DNA of 64,000 nucleotides from Candidatus Shapirobacteria bacterium (GTDB lineage Bacteria > Patescibacteriota > Microgenomatia > UBA12405): the NCBI GenBank assembly GCA_041663285.1, contig JBAZSP010000001.1, positions 81,838 to 145,837 of the forward strand, given 5' to 3'. A model generated the notes under the pieces. That model worked only from the letters and a program-made list of their open reading frames with translations. It was not told where the DNA came from and ran no database searches. This document shows, piece by piece, positions 18,623 through 28,719 of this stretch. How positions within the stretch are numbered: the stretch's first letter is position 1; each line of letters begins with the position of its first letter. Position numbers and translations under genes: made by a program.

Positions 18623-20578
18623 ATGATCAACTTAGGTAACGGAAAAAAGTATTATCCACTATTTACTGTACTATTTTTACTGTTATCTTTGGTTGGAGCC
18701 ATTGCCTTAGTCAAGACTTCCCAGGAAACCCGCAACAAAGCTGCCGGTCCTGCCGGCCAGTTAATCTGCCGTCGTGATAGTAACACCTCAATTACTTTAA
18801 TCAACAACACCGGCCGCGATATTCCTTACGAGATCCTTGAATTTAGAGGTTGCGACTGTAATGTCTCCCAATGTCTCACCGGTCGGACTAAATATATGCA
18901 GCCAACTGTTAGAAACGGTGAAACCAAAACCGAGTCAATGTCTCCGGCCAGGTGCGAAGCAGCTCAACTCGATATCAAAAGTCTGGTTACCGAATTTCCT
19001 TGTATCGACCCAAACACTGGAAGAAGCTGGGATGGTGGCACCGCCTTCGCCATTGACCGTGACTGTAGCATCTGTAATAATCCCACCCCCACCACCTCCT
19101 TGCCCACAGTATCCTGTAATGGCATCACCGTCACCAATGGTTCCGGCCAAGACATGAGCTCTTCTTCTGCAGAAGACCTGAAATTAGCTTTTCCGGGCGA
19201 GACTCTAAACATATCGTCAAGCTTTAGTCCAAATGGCTTACTTTTTTTTGCCAGGGTAAATGCTTATGCTACCAGAATCGATCTTCCTGCTAACCGGGTT
19301 GGTGATCTTTTCACTTTTCCGGCCAACAAGGTACCTGCATCCAATTCCGCCTCCGGCACAATTACCCTTCCCACCCAGCCTGGCACCTATTACTACAGCC
19401 TGGCTGCAAACGCCTATGAGAGTTCATCCTGCCGCTATCTTTGCGCCACCGATGGTAATTTCCGCCAAAACGGTGCCGGCACCGGTAGTTGTGATACATC
19501 AACTCAAGGCTGGCCTTCCGTCGGTCGTTGTACTAGTAATGGTTGTACCAAAAACTTAGCCATAAAAGTTATTCCCCAAAACTTATCCTGCACCAACTTA
19601 TCGATCACTAATTCCCAAGGTGTCAGTATCAGCTCCAGCAGCGCCGGTGACGTTAAAATCGTTAATCCAGGTGAGCGGTTAAATATTTCCACCAGTTTTT
19701 CCTCTTACGGTTTAGTCTATTATGCTCAGATGAAGAGTTTCGACGGTAATATTGCCGTCCAACCGGACAGAACCACCGGAATATTTACCAATATTCCTCA
19801 AAACGGCGTTCCTGCCTCCAGTAGCCCCATGTCGGATGGTTTTAACGCACCTGCTCAAGCCGGTACCTACATCTATCATTTCGCCACCAATGTTTTCGAT
19901 GATCCTCAATGTCAAATTCTATGTTCGGTCGATAGTAACCTCCGGCGTAATCCCTACGGTAGCGGTCATTGCAACGATCAGGCAACATCTCCCGCCTGGC
20001 CAATCATTAAACAATCCGGTTGTACCAGCGGTTGTCTTAAAAAATTAGTTATCCAGGTTAAAGAAACTTCTCCTTCTCCTTCTCCAACTCCCACTCCGAC
20101 TTCTACTTCTACTCCTTCTCCAACACCGACTACCACTCCCAGAAACACGCCGACTATCACCCCCACCCGGACGCCAACCCCAACTCCGACTACCCGCTTG
20201 ACGCCAACCCAAACCCCCACCGGAACCCTGAGACCTACCCAAACCCCCACTAACACCCCGGTTTCTTCGCCTACTCCAACCACTCCGGCTGAGTTAGTCT
20301 GTCAGTACTTGAAAGTCTACGACCAGAACTGGTCAGAGATTACCGACTTATCTACCTTAAAGCTTAATCAAAGGGTCTATTTTGCTACCAAAGAAACAGG
20401 AACCACCACTGCTACGCGGGCCAGGTTTAAGATTACTGTTAACGGTAATGCGTCTGACTGGCAAGAAACCTCCAGCAAAAATAGTCAGGGCGAACTCTAT
20501 ATTTCCTACACCATCAATCAGTCAGGTAGTTATGAAATCCAAGCCCAGGTATACCTGGAAGGCGTTGGACGGAGATAA
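18623..20578 (+). CDS. Cys-rich surface protein with an internally duplicated ~155-aa domain and a PT stalk
   Basis: N-terminal TM plus QETRNKAA; two homologous domains at 19106-19570 and 19580-20059. Confidence 0.85.
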   Translation: MINLGNGKKYYPLFTVLFLLLSLVGAIALVKTSQETRNKAAGPAGQLICRRDSNTSITLINNTGRDIPYEILEFRGCDCNVSQCLTGRTKYMQPTVRNGETKTESMSPARCEAAQLDIKSLVTEFPCIDPNTGRSWDGGTAFAIDRDCSICNNPTPTTSLPTVSCNGITVTNGSGQDMSSSSAEDLKLAFPGETLNISSSFSPNGLLFFARVNAYATRIDLPANRVGDLFTFPANKVPASNSASGTITLPTQPGTYYYSLAANAYESSSCRYLCATDGNFRQNGAGTGSCDTSTQGWPSVGRCTSNGCTKNLAIKVIPQNLSCTNLSITNSQGVSISSSSAGDVKIVNPGERLNISTSFSSYGLVYYAQMKSFDGNIAVQPDRTTGIFTNIPQNGVPASSSPMSDGFNAPAQAGTYIYHFATNVFDDPQCQILCSVDSNLRRNPYGSGHCNDQATSPAWPIIKQSGCTSGCLKKLVIQVKETSPSPSPTPTPTSTSTPSPTPTTTPRNTPTITPTRTPTPTPTTRLTPTQTPTGTLRPTQTPTNTPVSSPTPTTPAELVCQYLKVYDQNWSEITDLSTLKLNQRVYFATKETGTTTATRARFKITVNGNASDWQETSSKNSQGELYISYTINQSGSYEIQAQVYLEGVGRR

Positions 20579-20581
20579 AAT

Positions 20582-22072
20582 ATGTTTCAAGACACACTAA
20601 AAAATAATCTGAAAATTATCGCTATCGCAGTGTCTTTGCTGACTTTAGTTGGCGCCGTCGCTTTAGTAAAAAGAAGACAGGAATTGCGCCGAAGTGCCGC
20701 CGAAGAAGTAGTCAATACTTTCCGCAGTAAGCCCAACGACGGCCTATGGAAAAAAGTCAGCTATGATGCCTATGTCCAAAACGAGCCAGCTGGGTGTCAA
20801 GGTGTTTCCGCTTCACTCTGTCAGCCAAAACCATATCCGTCTGCCGGTAATTGGAATCAGTCGTCATATTCCGATACTGGTTGGCAAAGCGGTTACAGTG
20901 TCGATAGCTCTTGGTGGCAAGGTCAGGATTGGGCTTGCTCACGCAACTTTATTCAATCAGGAAGTCAGATAATTGGGCCGGTTGCTCCATCGAATGGTCT
21001 CTTTCCCAATATAAACGACACTACCGGCTTATACCGCCGAAAGTTTACCTTGCCCCAAGGTGTTGATATCGTTCGGGCTAACATCAAATTATTCAGCGAC
21101 AACAAGGTCATAGTCTACATTAATGGTAATCTGGTCAATAGTTCTTACAACGAACTTTGCTACGAATATTCCATTAATCCCAACTTCCTTCAGTCCGGCC
21201 AGAATATCTTAGCCATCCAGCTTTCCAACGATGCTGTTAACCAGGCCGATAATCCGCTGGGGGTTGCTTACGAGTTAAATGTCGTTACCTCCTCCGAACC
21301 TCCGATAGTAGTCCCCACCAATACTCCGATCCCCACTGTCACCTCTACCCCCTCCCCGGTTCCCACCTATAGTCCCTGTGTTATTAGATTCGATGTTTTG
21401 GTTACGCCCACTCCAACACTGACACCGACAAATACCCCAACCGGCTCGCCCTCACCCACCCCCACCAAAACTCCGACTCCAACCATCACGCCGACTCCCA
21501 CCAACACGCCCACCGGTACCCTAACCCCAACTCTTTCTCCCACCAATACTCCTACGAACACCCCAACTTCAACCCCAACTCCGACGCGTACTCCAACCCC
21601 CACCAACACGCCAACACCTACTAATACGCCCCGGCCCACTAATACCCCGGTTTTAAGTTCCACCCCCACCCCCACTTTTACCCCATCTCCGACTGGCACA
21701 CTTAGACCTACCAACACCTTAGTTCCCACTAACACCCTCCGGCCTACCAATACATTGATTCCTACCAGTACACCTCGGCCCACCTCAACTCCGGTACTTC
21801 GCTGTGGTTCTACTTGCGGCGACTCCATTGGTGGTCAATGTCCGGCCGATCATACCTGCTATCAAAACACCTGTGTTCTTAATGCTTGCCTAGAAGGTGT
21901 TCCTTGTGACGCCAGCCAGTGTGTTACTTTAAAGCCAACCAAAACCCCGACCCCAATCGTCGCCTCTCCCACCCGGATTACCCTGCCTGATGCTGGCTTT
22001 GACTTCCCCGTAAAGGCAATTGCCATTGTCGGCATCATCGTCACCCTCTTCGGTTTCCTGATTTTGTTGTAA
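20582..22072 (+). CDS. Surface protein with galactose-binding-like jelly-roll domain, long PT stalk and LPDAG-TM tail
   Basis: YRRKFTLP...[10 protein letters not shown]...[14 protein letters not shown]; TPTNTP repeats; LPDAG at 21983-21997 followed by a hydrophobic helix. Confidence 0.85.
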   Translation: MFQDTLKNNLKIIAIAVSLLTLVGAVALVKRRQELRRSAAEEVVNTFRSKPNDGLWKKVSYDAYVQNEPAGCQGVSASLCQPKPYPSAGNWNQSSYSDTGWQSGYSVDSSWWQGQDWACSRNFIQSGSQIIGPVAPSNGLFPNINDTTGLYRRKFTLPQGVDIVRANIKLFSDNKVIVYINGNLVNSSYNELCYEYSINPNFLQSGQNILAIQLSNDAVNQADNPLGVAYELNVVTSSEPPIVVPTNTPIPTVTSTPSPVPTYSPCVIRFDVLVTPTPTLTPTNTPTGSPSPTPTKTPTPTITPTPTNTPTGTLTPTLSPTNTPTNTPTSTPTPTRTPTPTNTPTPTNTPRPTNTPVLSSTPTPTFTPSPTGTLRPTNTLVPTNTLRPTNTLIPTSTPRPTSTPVLRCGSTCGDSIGGQCPADHTCYQNTCVLNACLEGVPCDASQCVTLKPTKTPTPIVASPTRITLPDAGFDFPVKAIAIVGIIVTLFGFLILL

Positions 22073-22080
22073 ACTTACCT

Positions 22081-23004
22081 GTGACAAAAAATAACGGGTT
22101 CTTATCCTTGCTTGAAGCTTTGCGCCCTAGTCAGTGGATTAAAAATTTAAGTATCTTTTCGGCTGCCTTGCTAAACGGGCAGTTATTCGACACCGATATT
22201 TTTGTCAAAAGTGCTTTCGGCTTCGTCGCCTTCTGCCTATTGTCCTCGTCTTCCTATCTTATAAACGATCTCCAGGATATCGACAAAGACCGTCTCCACC
22301 CGTCAAAGAAGAACCGCCCACTGGCCAGGGGAGATGTTTCCAAATTTTCCGCCATCGCGACCTCAGTAGCTCTTTTTATTTCTGGCTTGTCAATGGCCTC
22401 ATTGGTCAACTCCGCCTTTTTACAACTTTCTTTTGTTTTTATTATCCTGCAATACAGTTACTCATTCCTCTTCAAGAAGAAAGCAATTATAGACATCATC
22501 GGCATTGCCCTGTTTTTCATAATCCGTGCATATGCCGGCGAAATTGCATCCGGCTATCACCTTCCGGTCTGGATAATGCTTACCGTCATATTCTTGTCGT
22601 TATTTATTGCCTCCGGTAAACGTCGTACCGAACTTTATGTTACCGGCAGAAAGGCCAGGTCAGCCATGAAAGGCTATGGTAAGGCATTGCTTAATTTTTA
22701 CACCACTATGTTTGCCGTTTCTACCCTAATTACGTACGCCATGTTTACCTTTCTGGAAGAGCCGGTTAGGTTTCAGGGCATAATTCACCATTTTTTACTG
22801 GAAAATTTTCCTTCTGCTATCGACCGCAAGTGGTACATGATAACCCTGTTACCGGTCATATTTGGCATTATGCGTTACGGTCAAATCATCTTCGAAATGC
22901 AGGAAGGGGAGAAGCCCGAAAGAATAATTACCACCGACATCCCTTTAATATTTTCAATTGCTCTTTGGGGCTTAATGATAATTACAGTTATCTATGTCCT
23001 CTAG
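22081..23004 (+). CDS. UbiA-family prenyltransferase, decaprenyl-phosphate phosphoribosyltransferase (Rv3806c)-like
   Basis: LRPSQWIKN, YLIND..DIDKDRLHPSKKNRPLA.G, YSF.FK, SGKRR.E. Confidence 0.88.
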   Translation: MTKNNGFLSLLEALRPSQWIKNLSIFSAALLNGQLFDTDIFVKSAFGFVAFCLLSSSSYLINDLQDIDKDRLHPSKKNRPLARGDVSKFSAIATSVALFISGLSMASLVNSAFLQLSFVFIILQYSYSFLFKKKAIIDIIGIALFFIIRAYAGEIASGYHLPVWIMLTVIFLSLFIASGKRRTELYVTGRKARSAMKGYGKALLNFYTTMFAVSTLITYAMFTFLEEPVRFQGIIHHFLLENFPSAIDRKWYMITLLPVIFGIMRYGQIIFEMQEGEKPERIITTDIPLIFSIALWGLMIITVIYVL

Positions 23005-24574
23005 GGTTTGGCTGGCTCGGTCCTTCGCCGTTTTTCTTTTCCTTCTTGTTCTTCTGACGAGATTTGTAAAAGTCGACTGGGGAGATGGCTATTTTTTCCA
23101 TCCGGACGAAAACAATATGGCCCAGGCAGTCTCCCGGATGTCACCCGATGATCTGGACCCCCGGTTTTACGCATATGGCCAACTCCCTTTGTTTTTGTCC
23201 TACTTTTCTTTAAGGTTGGTCGGTTTGTCCAATAGTTTTGAAAATGCCGTTATCAGTCTAAGGTTGTGGTCTGGCCTTTTTTCTTCCATATCCGTGCTAT
23301 TTATTTACCTTATTGCTCAAAAACTTTTTCCTCCCCGAATCGCCCTGGCTTGTTTTGCTTTCTCCATTTTCTCTCCCGGTTTAATTCAGTCGGCTCATTT
23401 TGGAACCACCGAGTCAATCCTTCTTTTTGTTTTTGCTGCTAATTTATTTCTAAGTCTCAACTTTGTCTCAACCGGTAATCTGGCTCTATTATTAGTAGCG
23501 GCTATTATTAGCGGATTTGGCCTGGCAACCAAGGTTACTGCCCTCATTCTCATGGGCCCTGTTTACTTGGCCATTCTGGTGCACCTATTCCGGACAAAAA
23601 AAATTCTGCTAAGCTTGCTAACACTTCTACTCTTTACCTTACTTGCTTTGGTTATTTTTATTTTAGCCTCGCCCTTTAACTTAATTTCCCGCGCAGATTT
23701 TTTATCAACTTTAAAATACGAAGCATCGGTTGCCACCGGCACGTCCCCGGTGTTTTATACCCGTCAGTTTATCGGAACCTTGCCTTATATTTTTCAGCTG
23801 CTTCGGGTGTTTCCTTATGCCTTAGGCATCCCGCTTTGTTTGGCAGCCGCAATTGGCTGGTTTTTATCGTTAGTTCCATCAGTCGGCAAACACAAAACAT
23901 TTTGGTTTATTATTATTTTTTCGTCCCTAGCTTACTTTGTTTATAACGGTCAACTTTATACTAAGTGGACCCGTTTTATGGCGCCTCTATTTATTTTGGC
24001 TCCTCTATTTGCTGCCAACTTTATAAAAGCTTTTCCTGCGTCATCAAAAGTCAAAGCCTCTCTTTTGGTTCTTTGTCTGATTCCCGGCTGGCTTTTTTTA
24101 ACCATTTATTTTCAAAAAGACATTCGGGTTACTGCCTCCGAATGGCTGATTACTAACATAAAGTCCGGATCCACCGTTCTGTCTGAAGCCGGAAATGTCG
24201 TGAATCTTCCGGTTGGCGATCATCAGTTGATTGTCGTAAATTTTGATTTCTACGGTCTCGACGCCAGCCCTACTCTTCAACAGGAGCTGCCCAACCACCT
24301 TTATTCAGCTGATTATCTTTTGGTGCCCTCCCGCCGTATTTTTAAAAATCAATCCAGTCCCAGTTTTCCCTATAGTCAACGTTACTATCAAAAATTATTT
24401 TCCGGCGAGCTTGGGTTCTTACCGGTCAAAGTTTTTTCAAACCCTCTGGCCACACTGCTTGATACCGAAAATGCCGAAGAGACTTTTTCGGTGTTTGATC
24501 ATCCCAAAATCCGTCTTTATAAAAAAATAACCCCTAAATCCCAAGGTGAATACCAGAGTTTATTAACTCCTTAA
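22994..24574 (+). CDS. GT-C fold (PMT/ArnT-like) glycosyltransferase
   Basis: FHPDE in the first loop, YAYGQLP, AHF, ATK; ~11 TM; C-terminal AEETFSVFDHPK. Confidence 0.85.
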   Translation: MSSRVWLARSFAVFLFLLVLLTRFVKVDWGDGYFFHPDENNMAQAVSRMSPDDLDPRFYAYGQLPLFLSYFSLRLVGLSNSFENAVISLRLWSGLFSSISVLFIYLIAQKLFPPRIALACFAFSIFSPGLIQSAHFGTTESILLFVFAANLFLSLNFVSTGNLALLLVAAIISGFGLATKVTALILMGPVYLAILVHLFRTKKILLSLLTLLLFTLLALVIFILASPFNLISRADFLSTLKYEASVATGTSPVFYTRQFIGTLPYIFQLLRVFPYALGIPLCLAAAIGWFLSLVPSVGKHKTFWFIIIFSSLAYFVYNGQLYTKWTRFMAPLFILAPLFAANFIKAFPASSKVKASLLVLCLIPGWLFLTIYFQKDIRVTASEWLITNIKSGSTVLSEAGNVVNLPVGDHQLIVVNFDFYGLDASPTLQQELPNHLYSADYLLVPSRRIFKNQSSPSFPYSQRYYQKLFSGELGFLPVKVFSNPLATLLDTENAEETFSVFDHPKIRLYKKITPKSQGEYQSLLTP

Positions 24575-24581
24575 TACCCTT

Positions 24582-26297
24582 ATGGCCAGACTACCCACCC
24601 GTTTCCACTATCTGCCCGTGTTAGTAGTTATTCTTTTACTGGGTTTCTTTTTCCGGTTTTACGGTCTTAATTGGGATCAAAGTCAGCATCTTCACCCAGA
24701 CGAAAGATTTTTAACCATGGTTGTTACCGCCATGAAATTACCCATCAACATTACGGAATATTTTGATCCGCAGCTTAGTTTACTCAATCCCTACAATCTT
24801 AATTTTAGCTTTTTTGTCTACGGCACTTTGCCCCTGGTTATAACCAAAATTATCGGCCAACTTCTAAATTACACCGAATACTGGAACGTATTTTTAGTCG
24901 GCCGGGTTTTGTCGGCTGTTCTTGATCTGGGTGTAGTTATTCTTATATACCGGATCTCCAAAACTATTTCGGGCCCAAAAGCAGCCCTGGGCGCCGCTTT
25001 TATCTATTCGGTTATGGTATTGCCCATTCAGCTGTCCCATTTTTTCGCCGTTGACACCTTTGTCAATTTTTTTGTTGTACTCACTCTTTTTCTAACTTTA
25101 AAATATCTTCCGAAACACCCCTTCCGCGGCTCACTTCTGGCTGGGGGGGCCTTCGCCCTTGCTCTAGCCTGCAAAATATCCGCCCTCTACTTTAGTCCGG
25201 TTATTGCGTTCTTGTTTGTATACAGCTTTCTCGTCTTCACTCCCAAGCTGTTGGCAAAAATCGTCAATCTGATAGTCTATGGCCTCTTATTTTTATTTAG
25301 TTGTTTCTTTATTTTCAGGCTAATTCAGCCACATTTGTTCCAAACTCAAAACATTTTTAGTTTTTCTCTTGAACCCCGCTTTATCAGCAATCTTAAAGAG
25401 CTAACCTCTTACTCCGATAAAAATAGTTGGTACCCCCCTGGCATCCAGTGGAAAACTACCCGCCCTCTTTTATTCCCCTTAACCAATCTGGCTTTGTGGG
25501 GACTTGGCGTTCCTCTTTTTCTTGTAACCTGTTTGGGTTTAATTCTGCAGTTCTGGGGTATCAAAAAGAATATAAAAAAACTATTTTGTTGCCCTTCCCT
25601 TTTTACTATAGCGGTCTTGTCTCTTTGGCTGGTTGCTTTCTTTTTATATCAAGGCAGCCAACACGTCAAAACCATGCGTTACTTTCTTATCCTTTACCCC
25701 ATACTGGCTATTTTGGCCGGAGAAGCTTTTGCCCGCCTTCTGGCTTTTTTTGTCAGAAAATCAACACTGCTGGCTGTCTTTTTCATCTTTGCCTTTCTTG
25801 CCTATCCTCTTTCTTTTATGTCCATTTATACTCACCAAATTACCCGGGTTGCTGCTTCCGAATGGATCTATCGTCATATTCCTTCCGGTTCAACCTTGAC
25901 TTATGAGCTCTGGGACGATCCTCTGCCTCTTTCCCTGCCCGGATACCCGGTTAATCAATATCAGCTTTTGGAGCTAAAAATGTTTGACAAAGATAGTCCG
26001 GAAAAGTGGCAGGATCTTTCTAAAAAATTATCCCAGGTCGATTATTTAGTTATGTCGTCCAACCGTTTGCACGGCACTATTCCGAAACATCCCGAATATT
26101 ATCCCCAGTCATCCGTCTTTTACCAGAGTTTGCTCGCCAATACCCACCCCGATTTTAAAAAAATTGCCGAGTTTACCTCCCGGCCTTGCTTTCCTCCAGT
26201 TGGTTCTCCTCTATTTTGCCTGGTCGACGACTTTGCCGAAGAAGCCTTCACTGTCTACGACCACCCTAAAGTACTGATCTATCAAAAAACATTATAG
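24582..26297 (+). CDS. GT-C fold (PMT/ArnT-like) glycosyltransferase, paralog of the upstream gene
   Basis: HLHPDERF, FVYGTLP, SHFFAVD, ACK; C-terminal AEEAFTVYDHPK. Confidence 0.88.
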   Translation: MARLPTRFHYLPVLVVILLLGFFFRFYGLNWDQSQHLHPDERFLTMVVTAMKLPINITEYFDPQLSLLNPYNLNFSFFVYGTLPLVITKIIGQLLNYTEYWNVFLVGRVLSAVLDLGVVILIYRISKTISGPKAALGAAFIYSVMVLPIQLSHFFAVDTFVNFFVVLTLFLTLKYLPKHPFRGSLLAGGAFALALACKISALYFSPVIAFLFVYSFLVFTPKLLAKIVNLIVYGLLFLFSCFFIFRLIQPHLFQTQNIFSFSLEPRFISNLKELTSYSDKNSWYPPGIQWKTTRPLLFPLTNLALWGLGVPLFLVTCLGLILQFWGIKKNIKKLFCCPSLFTIAVLSLWLVAFFLYQGSQHVKTMRYFLILYPILAILAGEAFARLLAFFVRKSTLLAVFFIFAFLAYPLSFMSIYTHQITRVAASEWIYRHIPSGSTLTYELWDDPLPLSLPGYPVNQYQLLELKMFDKDSPEKWQDLSKKLSQVDYLVMSSNRLHGTIPKHPEYYPQSSVFYQSLLANTHPDFKKIAEFTSRPCFPPVGSPLFCLVDDFAEEAFTVYDHPKVLIYQKTL

Positions 26298-26300
26298 ACC

Positions 26301-27908
26301 ATGCCCAAGCTATTTCACCTAAGCGCCGCTTTTCTTTTTTTCTACTCTTCCCTTGGCCTTTTTTGGGCCCCTTTGTCGCCATTGCTGGCCAAAACACTTA
26401 TCGTCTCTTGGATGTTGATTTTTGTTTGGCTGCTGGCTTTTGGTATCTACCTTGAAATTCAGAATTTACGACAAAAAAAATATCCCATATATACCGCCAT
26501 TAGTCTCTTTATAACCTTTGCCATAATTTTATCCAATATTGCCAACGGCAAATATCTTTATGGCGAAATAGCCCAGGAAACTACTTGTTTATTTAATCAC
26601 CTCAGTGCTTCATCGGATCTTGGATTCAACCAAACTTGTCTTTTTGGTTATCCGGCCCGGCAGTTTATATTTTCCTCACTGCCATCCTTTTTTGGCCGGT
26701 CACTTTTTTTATTGAACGTTGGCCCATTCCTTTATTTTATAATCGGCCTTACCCTTTTTATCGCCGGTATTAGGTATTTTATTGATGATTCTCGAACCGG
26801 CGATCTCCTAACAGCATTGTTTATTTGGCTTTTACCCCATTCACCTCACTTTTTTCATCTTGTTTTTAGCTTTGAGCAGGCTCTCTTTCCCCTTTGTTTT
26901 ACTCTCGCCCTGTTAGGCTTGTTTTTTGCCTTCCAAAAAGCCAAAGACGTCTTTCCATTATTCGGCTTTGGCCAGGTTATCCTTCTTTTAACTTATTCCT
27001 ACACCCCCTCCTTGTCTGTCGTTCTTTTGTCTTTCGTGGCCTTATTTTATTTTTTGTTTCTCTATCGTCACCAGTTTAAGATAACCATCTCGCTATCACT
27101 TATAATCATCTTTTGCGCTATTAATCTCCTTAGCTCAGTGACCCTTCGTCAGGACCTTAACAGGCAGAATTCAAGCGCAAACCCTTCGGTATTATCGGCC
27201 AGCCTAACCGTCTTATCTCATGTTTTTTTTCAAAGCCAGGGAAAAAACTTTGTTGATCCCCAGATTCAAGCCTGGTTTATCCTGGCCACCGCCGCTCCGT
27301 TGCTTTTGGTTTATGGCTTCCGTCATTTTGTCATTTCTTTGTGGGTCGTTGCTACTATTTTACTTTCCGCTTTATCTCCTGGCTACGCCTCACCTCCCAT
27401 CGATTTTGCTCTACATCGGGCGATTATAATTATCCCTGTACTCTACGCCCAAAATCTAATAGCGCTAATTCATAGAAAAACTATCTGCCAGATTCTTCCG
27501 TTGCTTCAACTTTTGTTACTCCTTTTAGCTGTCAGCGGGGTGTCCAAATACTTGTCCTATACCCAAGGCCAGTCGATTTCTCCATATTATTCCGTCATTA
27601 CCTGGTTGGCCGAGAAAAATATTATTGTACCCAAAACTCCGGCTACCGTTTATTTTGCTTCGGGTATCAATTCCGGCATTACTTCGCTTCGTGACTTTAT
27701 GCCCTATTTTTATCCCAACGTTTCCACTCATAGTCTCGATCATCAATTTTGTCAGTTAAGTCAAACTATTCCTCCCGGCATCTACATATTCCCGTCAGAT
27801 TTTTCCTGTGGGTTACTCAACGACTCTCCCGCTTTTCGCCAGGAGCAGTATCTTGAACCTTCCACTCACCAAGTTTATTTAATAAAAAATATTAGCCAGG
27901 TTTTCTAA
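26301..27908 (+). CDS. Polytopic membrane protein, probable GT-C glycosyltransferase
   Basis: More than 10 TM segments, an acidic loop (GEIAQE) and a soluble C-terminal domain; cluster context. Confidence 0.6.
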   Translation: MPKLFHLSAAFLFFYSSLGLFWAPLSPLLAKTLIVSWMLIFVWLLAFGIYLEIQNLRQKKYPIYTAISLFITFAIILSNIANGKYLYGEIAQETTCLFNHLSASSDLGFNQTCLFGYPARQFIFSSLPSFFGRSLFLLNVGPFLYFIIGLTLFIAGIRYFIDDSRTGDLLTALFIWLLPHSPHFFHLVFSFEQALFPLCFTLALLGLFFAFQKAKDVFPLFGFGQVILLLTYSYTPSLSVVLLSFVALFYFLFLYRHQFKITISLSLIIIFCAINLLSSVTLRQDLNRQNSSANPSVLSASLTVLSHVFFQSQGKNFVDPQIQAWFILATAAPLLLVYGFRHFVISLWVVATILLSALSPGYASPPIDFALHRAIIIIPVLYAQNLIALIHRKTICQILPLLQLLLLLLAVSGVSKYLSYTQGQSISPYYSVITWLAEKNIIVPKTPATVYFASGINSGITSLRDFMPYFYPNVSTHSLDHQFCQLSQTIPPGIYIFPSDFSCGLLNDSPAFRQEQYLEPSTHQVYLIKNISQVF

Positions 27909-28719
27909 TTTGATATACCAGGTTAACCGAGGTCGCGAAAACCTTGTTGGTATCGTTTAGCCTGTCAATTAATTCTATCGGCCAAAGTAGAAGCGACATC
28001 AGTTTCGATTTTTTCCGGTTTGGAGTAAACCGATTAAAGTTTTTTAACCAGCCCTTCTCGACCAAATTTTTACCGATTCCGTAAAAAACAAAATGGGAGA
28101 AGGGTAAACAAAAATGTGTTGCTCGCCACTTTAACTTTGTCTCAAAACCCGTTTTTAACAACTTTAACTCAATATCTTTTTCAGCATACAGCCTCTGATG
28201 ATCAGCCCAAATTCCCGACAACCACCAAATATGTGAAGGTAAGTGTTTTTTTGTAAGCCTCTCCAGTATCCAGTTGGCCGGATCCCATGCCCAGGGGTAG
28301 TTTATATTCGGAACAGTTATCATTACTATCCCACCCGGTTTTAGTACCCTAAAAATTTCCTTAAGGGCTAAGACGTCATCGGGGATGTGTTCGAGGATTT
28401 CTGACGCAATTACCCTATCGAAAAAATCATTTTTAAAAGGTAATTGGGTCGCGTCGGCCACCAAGAGTTTCTCATTACTGCTGGCCCCATTTTTTGCTTG
28501 CTCTAAGTATCTGGTATTAAGGTCTATACCCCAAATTTTTGTTTTCGGCTGTAATTTTGCCAAGTTATTAACGTAAAAGCCGCGACCACAACCCACCTCC
28601 AAAATTTTTTCTCTTCCTACTAAGCCAATATTTTTCAAAACCAGCCCAGCCCGTCTTTTATATGCCGGGTCAGGCTCGCGGGACAGTAATTTGTCAATTT
28701 GTATTAAATAGTTTTTCAT
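27892..28719 (-). CDS. Class I SAM-dependent methyltransferase
   Basis: ILEVGCGRG, ADATQLPF, SEILEHI, RVLKPGG; start moved to ATG 28719. Confidence 0.9.
   Translation of the reverse strand: MKNYLIQIDKLLSREPDPAYKRRAGLVLKNIGLVGREKILEVGCGRGFYVNNLAKLQPKTKIWGIDLNTRYLEQAKNGASSNEKLLVADATQLPFKNDFFDRVIASEILEHIPDDVLALKEIFRVLKPGGIVMITVPNINYPWAWDPANWILERLTKKHLPSHIWWLSGIWADHQRLYAEKDIELKLLKTGFETKLKWRATHFCLPFSHFVFYGIGKNLVEKGWLKNFNRFTPNRKKSKLMSLLLWPIELIDRLNDTNKVFATSVNLVYQIRKPG

Noticed and set aside
21300-21800. Repetitive DNA considered as a possible CRISPR array
   Set aside because: Degenerate codon-level repeats encoding TPTNTP; no constant repeat with unique spacers and no cas genes
1624-21828. Val/Gly-rich antisense ORFs (1624-1899, 19978-20283, 21367-21828)
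   Set aside because: Reverse complements of Pro/Thr repeats, which lack stops by composition
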